This document shows positions 47,601-64,000 of a stretch of DNA of 64,000 bases, one piece after another (position 1 is the stretch's first letter; each line of letters begins with the position of its first letter). The notes beneath the pieces were generated by a model, which was not told the origin of the DNA, searched no databases, and was given only the letters and a program-made list of their open reading frames with translations. Origin of the DNA: the human T2T-CHM13v2.0 reference genome, Homo sapiens; NCBI RefSeq assembly GCF_009914755.1, contig NC_060927.1, one strand, 5' to 3'. A program made the translations under genes and the position numbers.

Positions 47601-48211
47601 TGAACTCCCATCTGGGCCTTAAAAAGTCAGGGGCCGGTCCAACAATCTCGCTGGAAATCATACAACAGAAACTTCGAAGGGACTCCTACCAGGTGTAAGA
47701 ATATAACGAATATTATAGAATTATTTAATTATCTTTGTCTAAAGCCATTATATTGTTTATGTTTTGATATTTAACCAAATATAAGAATATAAAGGCTTTG
47801 GCCATTATATATAAGAATATAAAGTATATAATGACTTTAGCCAAAAATAAATAATTGCAAATTAACATTCTCCAATAGTTATTATAGGGGAAAACTAATT
47901 TATAACATGCCAGGTTATAAAACTTTTAATATTTTTATATAAGTATTATAGAAACAGTACAGAAATATGTAAGTACCTATTAATCCAGTTTTTATTAAAC
48001 TGGTCAAGTTACAGAAAAAACATGACCTTCTTAACTGTATTTTCAAGAGGATAATTATCAAAATGTAAATTTTCTAGACAGCCAATGAAGAAAGAAATTT
48101 AGAACTAGAAAAAATCTGGGAGTCCCATTCCCTTCATTTTTGGACTAAGGTAACAAAGCCCAGATATATAAATGAAGCCTGGTCATTCTTCAAGCATCAA
48201 AACATATTTCA

Positions 48212-48520
48212 GGCTGGGTGCAGTGGCTCACGCCTGTATCCTAACACTTTGGGAGGCTGAGGTGGAGGGATCACTTTAATTCAGGAATTTGAGACCAGCC
48301 TGGGCAATGTTGGGAGACTTTGTCTCTACAAAAAATTTTAAAAATTTAAAAATTAGCCAGGCATGGTGGCACACGCTTATGGTCCCAGCTACTTGGGAAG
48401 CTGAGGTGAGAGGTCACTTGCGCCCAGGAGGTAGATGATTCAGTGAGCCATGATTGTGCCACTGCACTCCAGCCTGGGTGACAGAGTGAACCCCGTCTTA
48501 AAAAAAGAAAAAAAAAGAAA
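48212..48520 (+). mobile_element. Alu (AluJ-like)
   Basis: Full Alu. Confidence 0.92.
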
Positions 48521-49683
48521 TTCAACACTGTGATGGAAATATTTCTAGAATATATTTTTACTTCCCTATCTTCTTAAAACAGAGACTCCTAAACATACTT
48601 CATCTTTGCCTTGGTAACTCTAGCCTCTCTAAAGAGCAACTATACCCAGCCCAGGTGTGATGCTGGACTTTGCTGACTGCTGCCTCCACTATGCAGCCCT
48701 AACAATCTCTACTCATCTTGCTCCCAGCTGATGGTGTCTGATCTACACGGAAGGCTGGAAAACAGTTAAGAACCATACATCAGCTTTGGTGCGGGAGCTT
48801 TATAACAATTATTGTCAGCACTTGAAAACTGATTTTGCTTTCTCTCAGTGTTGGGCTGTGTTTTGAAGAGCTAATATTGCGTGCAAATGGATGGGTTAAG
48901 TGATGTAAGCACATTGCTTCAGAAAAAGTTCTACCCCCAAATGCAACTGATCACTTTACAGAAAGTGTAGTTTTAAATTATTAAAAGCAAAATTAATTAT
49001 CTGAAAAAATATTAACACCATAAACATCACTACATGAAAACACAAACTGCCACAGTAATGCTTATGTCTCAAGTAACAGCTTACAAGTATCAACAGTAAA
49101 GTAATAAGCTGTAATAAAAAGGCACTTCATCTCTTCAAAACCTGCTATCCCACCAAAATTCTCCAGTAAGTTAACATGAACTAAATTTTTGGTCCCTTTC
49201 CTAGCATTCTACCAAAATCAGTTTAATTTTTAAAATAATAAAAATATTTTATTGTACTAGAAAGGAAAGATTCTAAAAACACACAAAACCATAAGTCAAG
49301 ACAGCAAACGACTCACACATAGCCACTCAGTGAGGACAGTAAGTCTTCCTTAGCAATTAAAGAGCAAATAGAGGAACTCAACAGAGAATACAAAGTAAAA
49401 AGGCTGAGGCCCTTTAAGGATAGCTGGAATTCCTACCAAGCTGCATGTTCATGGCCACAAGTTAACAGAGTTTACCCTCCCTCCCTGTGCCCCCACAGCT
49501 GCTCATTGCAGTTACAGGTAGGTCCCTGTGGGGCTGCCTACAGTCCTAGATATAACAGCCCAGAGATCTGTGTGGTTGGTTCTTAGCCGCACTCTCAAAA
49601 AGGAAGAGCTGGCAAGAACCTCAACAAAATTAAATAATAGCTTAAGAAGGAGGCAGCGCTAAAGATAAAGGTTTGAGAAGGGA

Positions 49684-50016
<333 letters not shown>

Positions 50017-50731
50017 TAGATGTTTCCTCTATTAAGACCTGAAATTTTTAGCTTATTAAAAATTCTTACACTAATAATACAATATAGAAGTATTCACAAA
50101 TCACTAACTCACTGCCATTTACTCCTACAAAAAATCCTTTCTCAAAACAAAACTCTACAAATGTTAGCCCATTCCCCCACCCCCGTTAAAACACCTTCCA
50201 TAGTAGACGCTTTACACTTTTTTGACAACACTTAAACACAAGTTCCGTATCATTTCCTATCCTGATTATAAGCTTCTCTAGGCCAGGGAACTTACTCAAT
50301 TTTGCATTCCCTAAACCCCTGGCACCACTGCTTCATGTCACAGCTACTTAGTGTCTGCTAAATGAATTACTATGGTATCAGATCATGGCACCTCCAGTTC
50401 ACTAATGAGAAAATTCAACTTTTTAACACAGCAATAACATTTCTGCCTCCAGGAATACTGTCATTTTCACAGGAGAAGGAAATTCAGTGATTCAGTGCCT
50501 ACCATCTGCCCCAGAGGTCAGCTATTTCTGACAAGTCCTAGTGTGCACATGGGCCAATCAGGCTGCAGCTGCCTTTTTTCACAGGCATGGATGGAAGAAT
50601 GAGAAAGGTCACTAAAGCAGAGTCCGTATGTAAATTCGTTAGGCATCATCCACAGGAAATTTGCTTCCTCTTAAAATCCTGTGAAATTAAAACATGCCTT
50701 TAAGCCATTGTTTCTTCCCCCTGTTCTTTAA

Positions 50732-50861
50732 CCCATTTATGCTGGAGGTTGCAAATTTTTTTGTGTGAAAACTCAGACCTTGGTGATGACCTTGAGCACT
50801 ATGATATAAATAACTCCCACAAGCTTAGCGTTCCAGTAATGGAACAGTAGGCACAAATGGG
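50732..50861 (-). mobile_element. MER85 piggyBac MITE (PGBD3-derived), intact
   Basis: TTAA on both sides; TIRs CCCATTTATGC / GCACAAATGGG; internal palindrome GTTCCAGTAATGGAAC; matches the MER85 consensus as I recall it. Confidence 0.92.
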
Positions 50862-50988
50862 TTAAACTTTGGATAGTCCAACTTGCCAGGTTACCCCATT
50901 GTTTACAAAGCCTTTCACAGTACAAAAAACTTGATTAACCCTAATTGCCTGCTGACGTCTACGGTTGTTTCTTTTTCTCAGACCACTC

Positions 50989-51291
<303 letters not shown>

Positions 51292-51402
51292 TAGTTCCAT
51301 AAAACTTGTGTGTTGACATACAGTGTGATACTGTTTCTTTGCCACAAATTCAACTCTACAAGTCACATCTCTTTGTCTGCCTTCATGGGTCAAAACTACT
51401 TA

Positions 51403-51580
51403 CTAGCTGGGCATGGTGGCACATGCTTGTACCACTAGTCCCAGCTACTCGGGAGGCTGAGATGGGAAAACAGCTTGAGTCCAGGAGTTGGAGGCTGTAA
51501 TGTGCTATCATGATCATACCTGTGTATGGTCACTGCATTCCAGTCTGGGTGACATAGCAAGACCCCATCTTAAAAAAAAA
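51403..51580 (+). mobile_element. Alu right monomer (FRAM/FAM-like)
   Basis: Single diverged monomer plus A-tail. Confidence 0.8.
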
Positions 51581-51775
51581 TTACCTGCTAGAACACAGAA
51601 TAAATGGCAGAAAGAAGGCCATAGCAGAGCAAACACAACTCAGAAACGCCCAGTCTAGCACTCGTGGCTGGGAACCCTTGCAGGGAAGTGCACAAGTACT
51701 CTCAGAGGGGACCTGCCTGCCTGTCACTGGCTTGGTGTGAACACTCTCTGAGCAAGTCACAAGAGTTATGGGCTA

Positions 51776-52080
<305 letters not shown>

Positions 52081-52989
52081 TCATGGGCTAGAAATGTACT
52101 ACCATGGGGGAGAAAAAGAATAGACTACCACAAATTGTCACACTTTTTAGGAAAATATTTTACAGAAAATGGCAGTATGCAGAGCGTTATTGAAGGGTTA
52201 TAAATATATTCTCTGAGGGGTATTCTGAAGTTCTTTTAATGAAGGATAATAACTAAGAGCTTGGGCTACAAAGGCATATACAACACTGTAAGATTCAACT
52301 ACAGAATGCTTCAAGATTCCAAACTCAGTTTCTTTAGAAATTCTGCGCCAGAACAGGAGCAGCATTTTTAAAATTCCTTACCAAGTAGCCCAGGTAAAAA
52401 CCAACTTTTAAAAACTTAGCTATATTTCTGCCAATGTACAAAAGAATACCACCCAAATACAGAAATTGATACAATTTGTTAATCCTTGCTGCTGCAATTT
52501 TCTCAAAACGAAAATACAAAAGCAAAGTATCTGAATTCATAACAAGCAGCATACATTCAGGCCTTAGGCTTCAAAAGCATGGTCAACACCTCAGTAGTCT
52601 GAAGACATCTTCAGATGCTTTAGTCTCCCAAGACTCAGCTGGGGATTCTGCCTATGCCATCCCCTCTGCAACATGTGGTGGGTGGAGGGTGGGGAGAATG
52701 GGGGTGGTAGAAGGCCTCTCCACGACTCTCTACCTCCAGCTCCTCTTACTCCACTGCACCCAGTTCCTCTACCCTTGGCATCTTGGGGGCAGAGAGGCTG
52801 GAGAACAGTCTACCCCCACAAATACACTAACTTAGAAAAAAAAACACTTTTAAGTGTTTAGTATTAGAAATACTAACTTAGAAAAAAAAACCAGTTTAAA
52901 TATTAGAAAACTTTTCTTAATCCAAGCAAATTCAATTATCATTAGTCTATGGTACTGTTTGCAGCAGCAAAAAAAAACCCAAAATATAA

Positions 52990-53350
52990 ATAAATATGGA
53001 AACAAATAAATATGGTGCATCCATGCAATAAACTACTAGGCAACCATTAAAAGAATGCAGCAGATCTATGTGTACTTGGATATATCCAAGATATTTTCAG
53101 TGAAAAGAGCGAAGTGCAAAACAATGTCTAAAATATATCACCATTTGAGTTTTTTTAATATGGATGCGGAAATATATGATTTACACACATAGAATGTTTC
53201 TATAAAAATACAAAAGAAACTGGGAATAATAGTGGCCTACAGAAGGGACTGAGGAACTAGGGGTTTCAGTAAAAAGGAATACACTCTTTTTTGATATTCA
53301 AAAAAAAATTTTACTATGTATGTGTATCCCTGTTTAAAATGTTTTAAAGG
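52990..53350 (+). mobile_element. Old L1 (L1ME-like) 3' fragment
   Basis: AAATAAATATGGTGCATCCATGCAATA...CAACCATTAAAAGAATG motif. Confidence 0.5.
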
Positions 53351-54971
53351 CGTACTTAAGTCTGTGATGATGATTTTAAAAAATAAAGCAACAGAAGAAA
53401 AAGTAATGCCTATTAAAAGCAATCTCATTTTTCTTAACTATTTCTAAAGTCTTTGTGGCACAATTTGAATTCAGTAAAACAGGGGAGACTGGAGGGATTG
53501 GGAGTTTGGAGAGGTCCCTTTCACCCTCCTCCTTTAAAATTACAGTAACTTTCAACTGGCCATAATGCAAAAAAAAAAAAAAAAAAAAAAAATCTACTTG
53601 CTTCTCCAACAAAAATATTTGGCTCCATTGTAACCAACATTTAAAAGATACAAATACATTAGCAAGTCTGTGACTAAAGTTCAATTACATTTTATATGCT
53701 AATATGAAATGCTAATCATATTTTTTATGAGTCAACAGTTTTACATAAGATTATTTTGTTTCTAAACTAACAACTTTAGAATTACTGAAGCATCCAAATT
53801 ACCTAAACTCACTCCAGTCAAGCATCAGTTCAGTAAAAAACTAAAGGGTTTTCCCCCATAGCTTCAAAATTCCCAATCTTCTCCATTTCCAAGCATGATG
53901 CGGGGCAGGGGCAAGGGAGATGGCAGGCAAAGCCTAAGCCTGTCCAACCCTCTTCAGACTCTGTAGATGGCTCCTCCTGGTTTCAGGGATCCCAACTCCT
54001 CATATAGATACAGCCATCATCAGCAATCCCACATTAAGTGCATTGATTCCATTAACAACAGTGGGAGGCAAGTGGCTCCACTGGCTTGGATTCTGAAGCT
54101 CAACCTGTGGCCCATGCACCTGCGAATAACAACAGGCTCTCTCATCAGTCACACAGGGCAAAGGAAGTGGAGCTGCCCCACCCCACACCCACACAGAACC
54201 AGACTGCTGATTGCCTCTTTGTAACTACTGCCACAAAAAGTAAAGCAAATGCCCTGCAATTGGATTTTTACTAATGGAAATGCATTTGTCGAGAATCCAA
54301 AGATGCTCAGTTATCTCGGAAAAAAAGTTATAACATGATCTTCAAAAATGAAGATGAGGAAAGGCATTTTGCCAACTTAAAACATTCATCAAAATAGATA
54401 TTTAAAGCAGCAAAATATGACAAAATACTAGTTTCTCATTTTTTAAAAACCTGAACATTCAGAACTAAAACTATAACACTGTAAAAAAAAAAAAAGTGTC
54501 CAGGGATAGGAAAAAAATATTTCTTAATCATGTATAAATTGGTTATTTATTCATACCTCCATTTACATACACATATTTGCCAGGTGCTCAGTACCAGGAT
54601 GCCATGGTGATTAAAAGACAGACACAGTCCCTACCTTCAGAGCTTACAATAGTAAATGAACACAAGGAATAATGCATTGGTGTATAGTTTATCTCTCCCA
54701 CAAGGGACAATTAGGAAAAACATCCTGGGAGTAGGTTCACAGGTTTTAATATTCTCTATAGAGTGGCTTTAAAGCATTTTATGATAAATTAAAATTAAAA
54801 TATTAAAATGAGCTAAAAATAGAATATTTCTTATAGTGAAAAGTGTCACTAAGAAAATCAATGGTGAGAAAAAAGTGCCTCTGGAATGGAGGTAAGGATG
54901 TCTAGGGAAGGCTTTGCTGAGCTGAACCCTCCATGATCAAAAGGAACTAAATGTAACAAACTTGATGTCCA

Positions 54972-55397
<426 letters not shown>

Positions 55398-55825
55398 CTA
55401 ATTACGATGGAAAGCCACTGGCAGCCTCTAAGCCTGGAAATGACAAGATGAGATCTCATTAAACATAATCATTTCTTGTTTAGAACATAATACATTTTCA
55501 AATAGGAATAACATTATAAGTGGATATGTTGCAGTATTGCTTCCATGCATTCATTCAGCTATAATTTATTTAGTGTCTACTCTGTGCTAGGTTGTGTGCA
55601 AGGTACTAACTAGGAATAAAACAGCATCTCTGACCTTGAGTTCACAGTTTAGTAGAGATGAGAAACACTGAACAAACAATCACAATTGTAATATTTACAA
55701 CAGTGGAATATGTGGAATGCTGTGAGTGCCCAGAGCAAAGGGTGGTTAATGCAACCTGAGGGAGTCCAGGAGGGAAGGCTTCACAGAAGCCCTGGGCCTT
55801 AAAGGACAAACAGGGATTTCTTTAG

Positions 55826-56420
<595 letters not shown>

Positions 56421-56643
56421 TGAAAGAGATTTTGAAAAAATTCCAAATACTCTCTACTTAGATTCAAAAATTTTAAATTTCCTAATTATCTTTCTATATA
56501 CACAAAGATTTATACACACACACGTATTTTATGAGCCATCTGAAAATGCTGAGGATATCATACCTCACCCTCTAAACTCTTCAGCTTGCATCTCCCAAGA
56601 ATAAGCACATTCTCCTTTATGTATAACTACAATGCCATTATCA

Positions 56644-56994
<351 letters not shown>

Positions 56995-57180
56995 TTAATA
57001 TCATCTATTATCAGGTACTTCTTTTAAAATACAAAGGACTTTGTTGAAATTTTATTGAAGGAATGTGTTTTAATAAACTGGTTAGATTTATTACTTGCAT
57101 TGCATTTTGACATTTTTAAAATGTAATAATACTTTATAAAATTTAAGTTAAGGAATCTTTCCTTGGCAAGATTCATCACT

Positions 57181-57520
57181 GGCACGGGCATGGTAGCTCA
57201 TGCGTATAATCCCAACACTGTGGGAGGCCCAGGCGGGCAGATCACTTGAGGTCAGGAGTTTGAGACCAGCCTGACCAACATGGTGAAATCCCATCTCTAC
57301 TAAAAATACAAAAATTAGCTGGGTGTGGTGGTGCGTGCCTGTCTATAATCCCAGTTGCTCAGGAGGCTGAGGCAGGAGAATCACTTGAACCAGGAGGCGG
57401 AGGTTGCAGTGAGCCAAGATCGCACCACTGTACTCCAGCCTGGGTGACAACAGTCTGTTTCAAAAAATAAATAAATTAATTAATTAAAAATAAATTTAAA
57501 AAATAAATAAAAATTAAAAA
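57181..57520 (+). mobile_element. Alu (AluS-like) with AT-rich tail
   Basis: Full Alu; no adjacent TSD. Confidence 0.92.
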
Positions 57521-57541
57521 CATATTAAAAGAATAATTGTG

Positions 57542-57930
<389 letters not shown>

Positions 57931-58035
57931 CTAAGCGGATGGAACATGGCAGGAAAGGATTTACAGGAGAGTGGGTTGGTGAGGCTGCAGAGGCCATGAG
58001 AGAAGGGAATAAGCTGGACAAATGGACTGGGCCTG

Positions 58036-58261
58036 AGTGCTTCAAGGATTCCGCATGCCTTCCTGAGGAGTTTGGACTTTACCCGGCCAAATGTGGGATT
58101 TTATGTGACTAAAATCAAGTTTGTTTAGAAAGCTCTACTTGGCCTCAGTGCTTCAAGGATTCCGCATGCCTTCCTGAGGAGTTTGGACTTTACCCGGCCA
58201 AATGTGGGATTTTATGTGACTAAAATCAAGTTTGTTTAGAAAGCTCTACTTGGCCTCAGTG
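58036..58261. repeat. Perfect tandem duplication, period 111 bp
   Basis: AGTGCTTCAAGGATTCC...CTACTTGGCCTC repeated identically from 58036 and 58147. Confidence 0.97.
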
Positions 58262-58494
58262 TAGCTGGATGGATGGGAGAGGTGGGGAAGGTAGGGAGAC
58301 CATTTGGAAGCAACAGAACAAGGTTTGTATTTTTCACTGCTAATATGTAACATTTTAGTTTTATGGGTTGAATAAGCCTACTACATTGATAAATGAACAA
58401 AACAAAAACAGTAAAACTAAACAAAGTTTATCTTGAAAATGTTCATGTTGGTAGAATAGCAACTTTCAAAAGAGTCAGCAGAGACTTAAGTAAA

Positions 58495-58778
58495 TTTTTT
58501 TTAAATGGAGTCTCACTCTGTTGCCCAGGCTGGAGTGCAGTGGTGCCATCTCATCTCACTGAAACCCCCACTTGCCAGGTTCAAGTGATTCTCCTGCCTC
58601 AGCCTCCCCAGTAGCTGGGATTACAGGCACATGTCACCACGCCCAGCTAATTTTTTATTAAAATTGATGGGGTTTCACTATTTTGGCCAGGCTGGTCTCA
58701 AACTCCTGGCCTCAAGTGATCCGCCCACCTCAGCCTCCCAAAATACTGGGATTACAGGCGTGAGCAACCGCACCCGGC
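58495..58778 (-). mobile_element. Alu (AluS-like)
   Basis: TSD AGAGACkTAAGTAAATTTT. Confidence 0.92.
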
Positions 58779-60578
58779 CAGAGACGTAAGTAAATTTTGA
58801 AAGGAGCCCTTCAGCATTTTTGACAGTCTCAGCATTTGATGAAGCTCTTTTTAATATCTAGTTTCACTTTCCAAGGTGTCTTTCCTTTTCCTTGGCAAGG
58901 TTCATCACTGGCACTAGTTTTACATTTATCAGTCACAATCAAAATTTAAATTTCCAAAGGAAGGAAGTGGGGTACAGAATAGATAAAATGGTTTAAAACA
59001 TAGAGCATGCCCTCAAAGCAGTGCTGACAGCAACTCTGAGGAGCTCCATTTATGCAGAATCCACTGGGAAGGCTGCCCCAAGAGCCAGCCGCCAGTCCTG
59101 CCTGGGAGGAGAGGGAAGCAGAGAATGTCCAGCTATCCTGCCGTGGGACAGGATGCTGGCCCTTCACCCCTACTCCACTAGGAGGACTCTCATTTTATTT
59201 TACTTATCGGGCTTCCTAGAAAGATTTCATTTGAACAAAGGGTTCCACAACTTTAAAAACACTTGAAAACCAAGGAGTCAGAACTGTACGTTCTAACTCC
59301 AAGGCTGGCAATTGAAGAATAAGACCTCAAGTCCCACAGGAAAGCTCCCAGTGGACAAAACAAACACCATCGCTGAGGAGCAATGTAAAGAAAGAGACCT
59401 GGGCAAACAGGCCCACTAGAGGACTGGCGTCTTTGGGGTAGAAGGAGAAATTCTATTTTGGACCTGTGGATTCTGAGATGCCAGTGTGGCACCCAACTTG
59501 GAAGCCCAACGGGCAGGGATGTAGGGGTCTTAGAGGAGCACAGGAGCTAGACAAACTCTAAATGTGGACAACTTCATTGAGAGAGATGTAAATAGAAAGA
59601 AGGGAAGGTCTTAAAAGGTTACAGAAGGCAAAGACAGAAAGGTCTGCCTCAAGACAGGTCTTTCTGGAGAACCTGAATTCTCCTCCAAGGTAGTCTATAT
59701 CCAGGAGCAGAGAGAGGCACTGGCTGGAAGGCTGCAGGTGGCTTACGGGGCCACAGAAGGGAAAGAGGGAAAGAACAAAGTGGATTGGCTAGGGAGCAGC
59801 TCAAAGATTAGACAGTGGGTCCAGGCCTGATGGGGCTGGGACTCTGGGAGAAAATGAAGGTCACAATGAGATAAAAGACGAGGCATAGGGAGAACAGGGA
59901 ATCCTCTGAAGGAGGCTGTAGAGAACCCAACATTTCACCAGCACACTATTCCGGAAAGCACTCCTGTCAGACAAAGTCAATAGAAAGCCAAAAACAGGAG
60001 TAAAAGTCAATGGCTAGGAGAGGAGCTAGGGTGAGGGCAGTTGTGTCTTACCGCCCTGACTGGCTGCGGGATCATGCAGCCCTCCTCAAGCACTTGCTGC
60101 AGAAAAGGAAGACTCTCCCTAGAAGGGGAGGCCAGAAGAGACCACCCAGCCCTCTGCTTCCCTTGTCATAGCCATTCCTGAGAATGGAGCCTGACAACAA
60201 AGAAAGTCATTTGAAGCTCTTCTCTGTTGATTGAGGAGCCCAATTGAATACTTACAGGAAAACTGGGTACAGATAATGCCTAGGAGAAGATCTAAGCCTG
60301 TTTCCCAATTTGCATATGGTGTTATTCATATTAACGATAAAGAAAACTACGTATTTTTAAGTGCAACTATAACTTGATTGAGGACTGGAAAGCCAACATT
60401 AAAAGAGAAATAAAATTAAATTAATATTAATTACATTAAGAGATCAAGGGATTCAGATGTTTTAATACCATCATAAACACCTATAACAACAATAATACAC
60501 CCGAAGTTTCTCAAATTTCTATCTTTAGCTAGACCACCCAACCCTGCTCATTTTGCTCAATGATAAAAATGAAAACCA

Positions 60579-61110
60579 GGCTGGGCATAGTGGCTCATGC
60601 CTGTAATCCCAGCACTTTGGGAAGCTGAGGCTAGAGAATCACTTGAGGCCAGAAGTTTTGAGACCAGGTTGGACAACACTGAGAGACCCCATCTCTACAA
60701 AAAATGTTTTAAAGGCCCGGCGCAGTGGCTCACACCTGTAATCTCAGCACTTTAGGAGGCCAAGGCGGATGGATCGCCTGAGGTCAGGGGTTCAAGACCA
60801 GCCTGGCCAACATGATGAAACCCTGTCTCTACCAAAAAATACAAAAAATTAGCCAGGCATGGTGGCAGGCACCTGTAATCCCAGCTACTCGGGAGGCTGA
60901 GGTAGTAGAATCACTTGAAACCAGGAGGCGGAGGTGGCCAAGATTGCACCGCTGCACTCCAGCCTGGGCAACAAGAGCAAAACTTTGTCTCAAAAAAAAA
61001 ATGTTTTAAAAAATTAGCCAGGTGCTGGGGCATGCACCTGTAGTCCTAGCTACTCAGGAGGCTGAGGCAGGAGAAGTGCTTGAGCCCAGGCACTCCAGTT
61101 TAGACAACTG
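60579..61110 (+). mobile_element. Nested Alu-in-Alu (AluS inside the linker of an AluJ-like element)
   Basis: Left monomer 60579-60703, full Alu 60714-61000, right-monomer remnant 61010-61110; TSD AAAAAATGTTTT(T)AAA. Confidence 0.88.
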
Positions 61111-62179
61111 TCTCCTACCCTGTATCTCCTCCCCTAACCATTGACTTTTACTACCGTGGCTCTATGCTCTATTAGACAACATCATGCCAAAGAAACTGAT
61201 ACTTTCTCAGAAAAGCCTTACTAACTCTAGGAAACAACTAACCATTCTTAAGAATTGAATAGTAACACAACGCACAATAAAAATCAGGCTTCATGACATT
61301 TACTGTCTATTCTTCAATGGTTTCCAGAAAGTCAAAAACATCCTTGCCATGAAGAAAGGACAGTAATTAAGAGATGGCCTCCCCCCGGTAACAAACAGTA
61401 TTAGGAAACTCATCCCACATTTACTACATTAATACAGCCATTAAAAATAATAATGGAGGAAAATATAACTCTTTAACCATTCTGAAAGTACATACCTGCT
61501 CAACTCTCTATTACCCTTAACTGTCAAACCTGCTTTCTCTCCAACCAGGATTGGACATCTATATTTCACAAATACAGAATTAAAGTGATACAGCAAATCT
61601 AAAATACAAAGCATTAATTAGGTGGTATCATTATTATGTAAGTCATTAAGCCTTTTTAAACACGTACTAGTTTTCTATCAATACAGAAACAAGAGTGAAA
61701 TATGGCAAAACCTCAACTAACCAGAACAGCTGGGGATTGAGTCACTGAATATGCCTTTCAGATAGGTGAAGGCTTATTTACAATTCTGAACACACATATT
61801 TTTTTGGTTAACTGTTCTGGACGACATGCTTTGACACAGGCCCACACCACGAATGTCAGTGATCACACAGTAAGATGGCATCCTGAGACCCAAAAGGCCT
61901 TACTCCTTACTCAATGTTACCCTGGACTCCTGCAACCTTTGCTTTTATGTTCTCCTTGTCTTCCACCCTGCTGTCACAATCTGCTCTGTTTCTTTTGTTC
62001 GAATAAGCAAGTGTGCCCAAACTGTATCTAAGGACAAGGTACCTGGTTCTCTAGGCTCTGCTGGGCACATACGGAGTTCTTCCAAGGGAGGTAAACAAAT
62101 CCTAGCAAACAGTATTCTGTGACCTGACCTCCACTTTACCTGCTGTGGAAGTCTTTCAAATAATTTACTTCCTCAAAAA

Positions 62180-62765
<586 letters not shown>

Positions 62766-63687
62766 TAAACATTTTTAATAATAAAAATTTATATCCTCAT
62801 TATATATCACTATGTTCTAGACAGGCAATATGCTAAGTGCATTGGTGTGATCACCATCTAACCACTCCAAGAGGGTTATTTTATGACGCAAGTCAAAATG
62901 AGACCAAAAGGTATCTTAAAGTTACAATTCAAAATTACCATATACTATTTTTAACACAGAAAAAGCATATTTTAGAAGAACCGATCCTTAAGAAAGAACA
63001 CTAGAAAAAACTGAGAGACAGGAAAGCACTCTAGTCTGGGGAGCAAATTAATGTGAACAGAAATGAAGAACCAGTGGCAGCCCATGGGCAGCCTTACTAC
63101 TGAGCAAATATTCCATAGTAGCCACCTCAAATGCTTTTTTAAAAACTCTTCAGGGTATAAAAAATAATAATTTGGAATTCAAATCTGAGTACTTGTTGGC
63201 TAACACTTTAAATTGAATATCAGCAAGAAAAACTCCTGAGGCATTTTAGTAATTGCTAAATTTCTCATCCCAGCTCATGTTGTCATTCCAAATGTGTGAC
63301 TGTCCCACACTTTCAACTGCCAACAAACCACCTTCCAACTCTCATCTAAGATCCTCTCCAAATACCATCTCAGACAGAACCCAAGTTTCCCAGATAAACA
63401 GATACTGACACTTAACAACCCTATCTGCCCCACATCAGTTTAATAATTAACCTTTCTCTAGACTAAGCAAAAACATCAAAAAAGAACCAATGCACCAGAC
63501 CAGTATGCCAGTTAAAAAAAAAAAAAAAGACCCAATGCACACAGTACTGTGCATCATGTTGGAAATATCACCTTATAGCCTCTCTCTGCATAGTGACATG
63601 CTTGGCTCACTGAAGTTACTCAACTGTTCAAACCACAGAGTTCAACAGGTACTTAACACATCATTTAACACACAATATACAGACTAC

Positions 63688-64000
<313 letters not shown>

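Noticed and set aside
58036-58261. Repeats here and elsewhere as a CRISPR-like array
   Set aside because: Two adjacent copies with no spacers, in a primate genomic context with no cas genes
60256-60279. 24-nt minus-strand microexon candidate (CTTCTCCTAG|GCATTA...TTTCCT|GTAAGT)
   Set aside because: Short pyrimidine tract and poor exonic donor bases; not supportable without RNA data

Overview
This is primate (human-like) nuclear genomic DNA. I found no recognisable protein-coding exon, RNA gene or promoter, and no prokaryotic-type system. The window is dominated by about 50 Alu elements, old L1M/L2/MIR fragments, MaLR/ERVL LTRs and DNA transposons. The DNA transposons are a near-full-length Tigger2 with a decayed transposase, a Tigger3b, a Tigger2a, half of a MER2, and an intact piggyBac MER85. 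One GC-rich island at about 21.3-23.2 kb looks like a decayed processed pseudogene whose parent I could not name. L1 3' ends and the retrocopy lie mostly on +, which suggests (by inference) a large intron of a minus-strand host gene. The most unusual structures are: two tiny anonymous insertions flanked by target-site duplications (20 nt plus poly(A) at 26.6 kb; a tailless 75 nt at 47.1 kb); a perfect 111-bp tandem duplication at 58.0-58.3 kb lying between two 28-bp direct repeats; the MER85; and two candidate cryptic minus-strand exons. Repeat subfamily names and boundaries are by-eye estimates, not database results. I cannot support a claim of a new biological system here.
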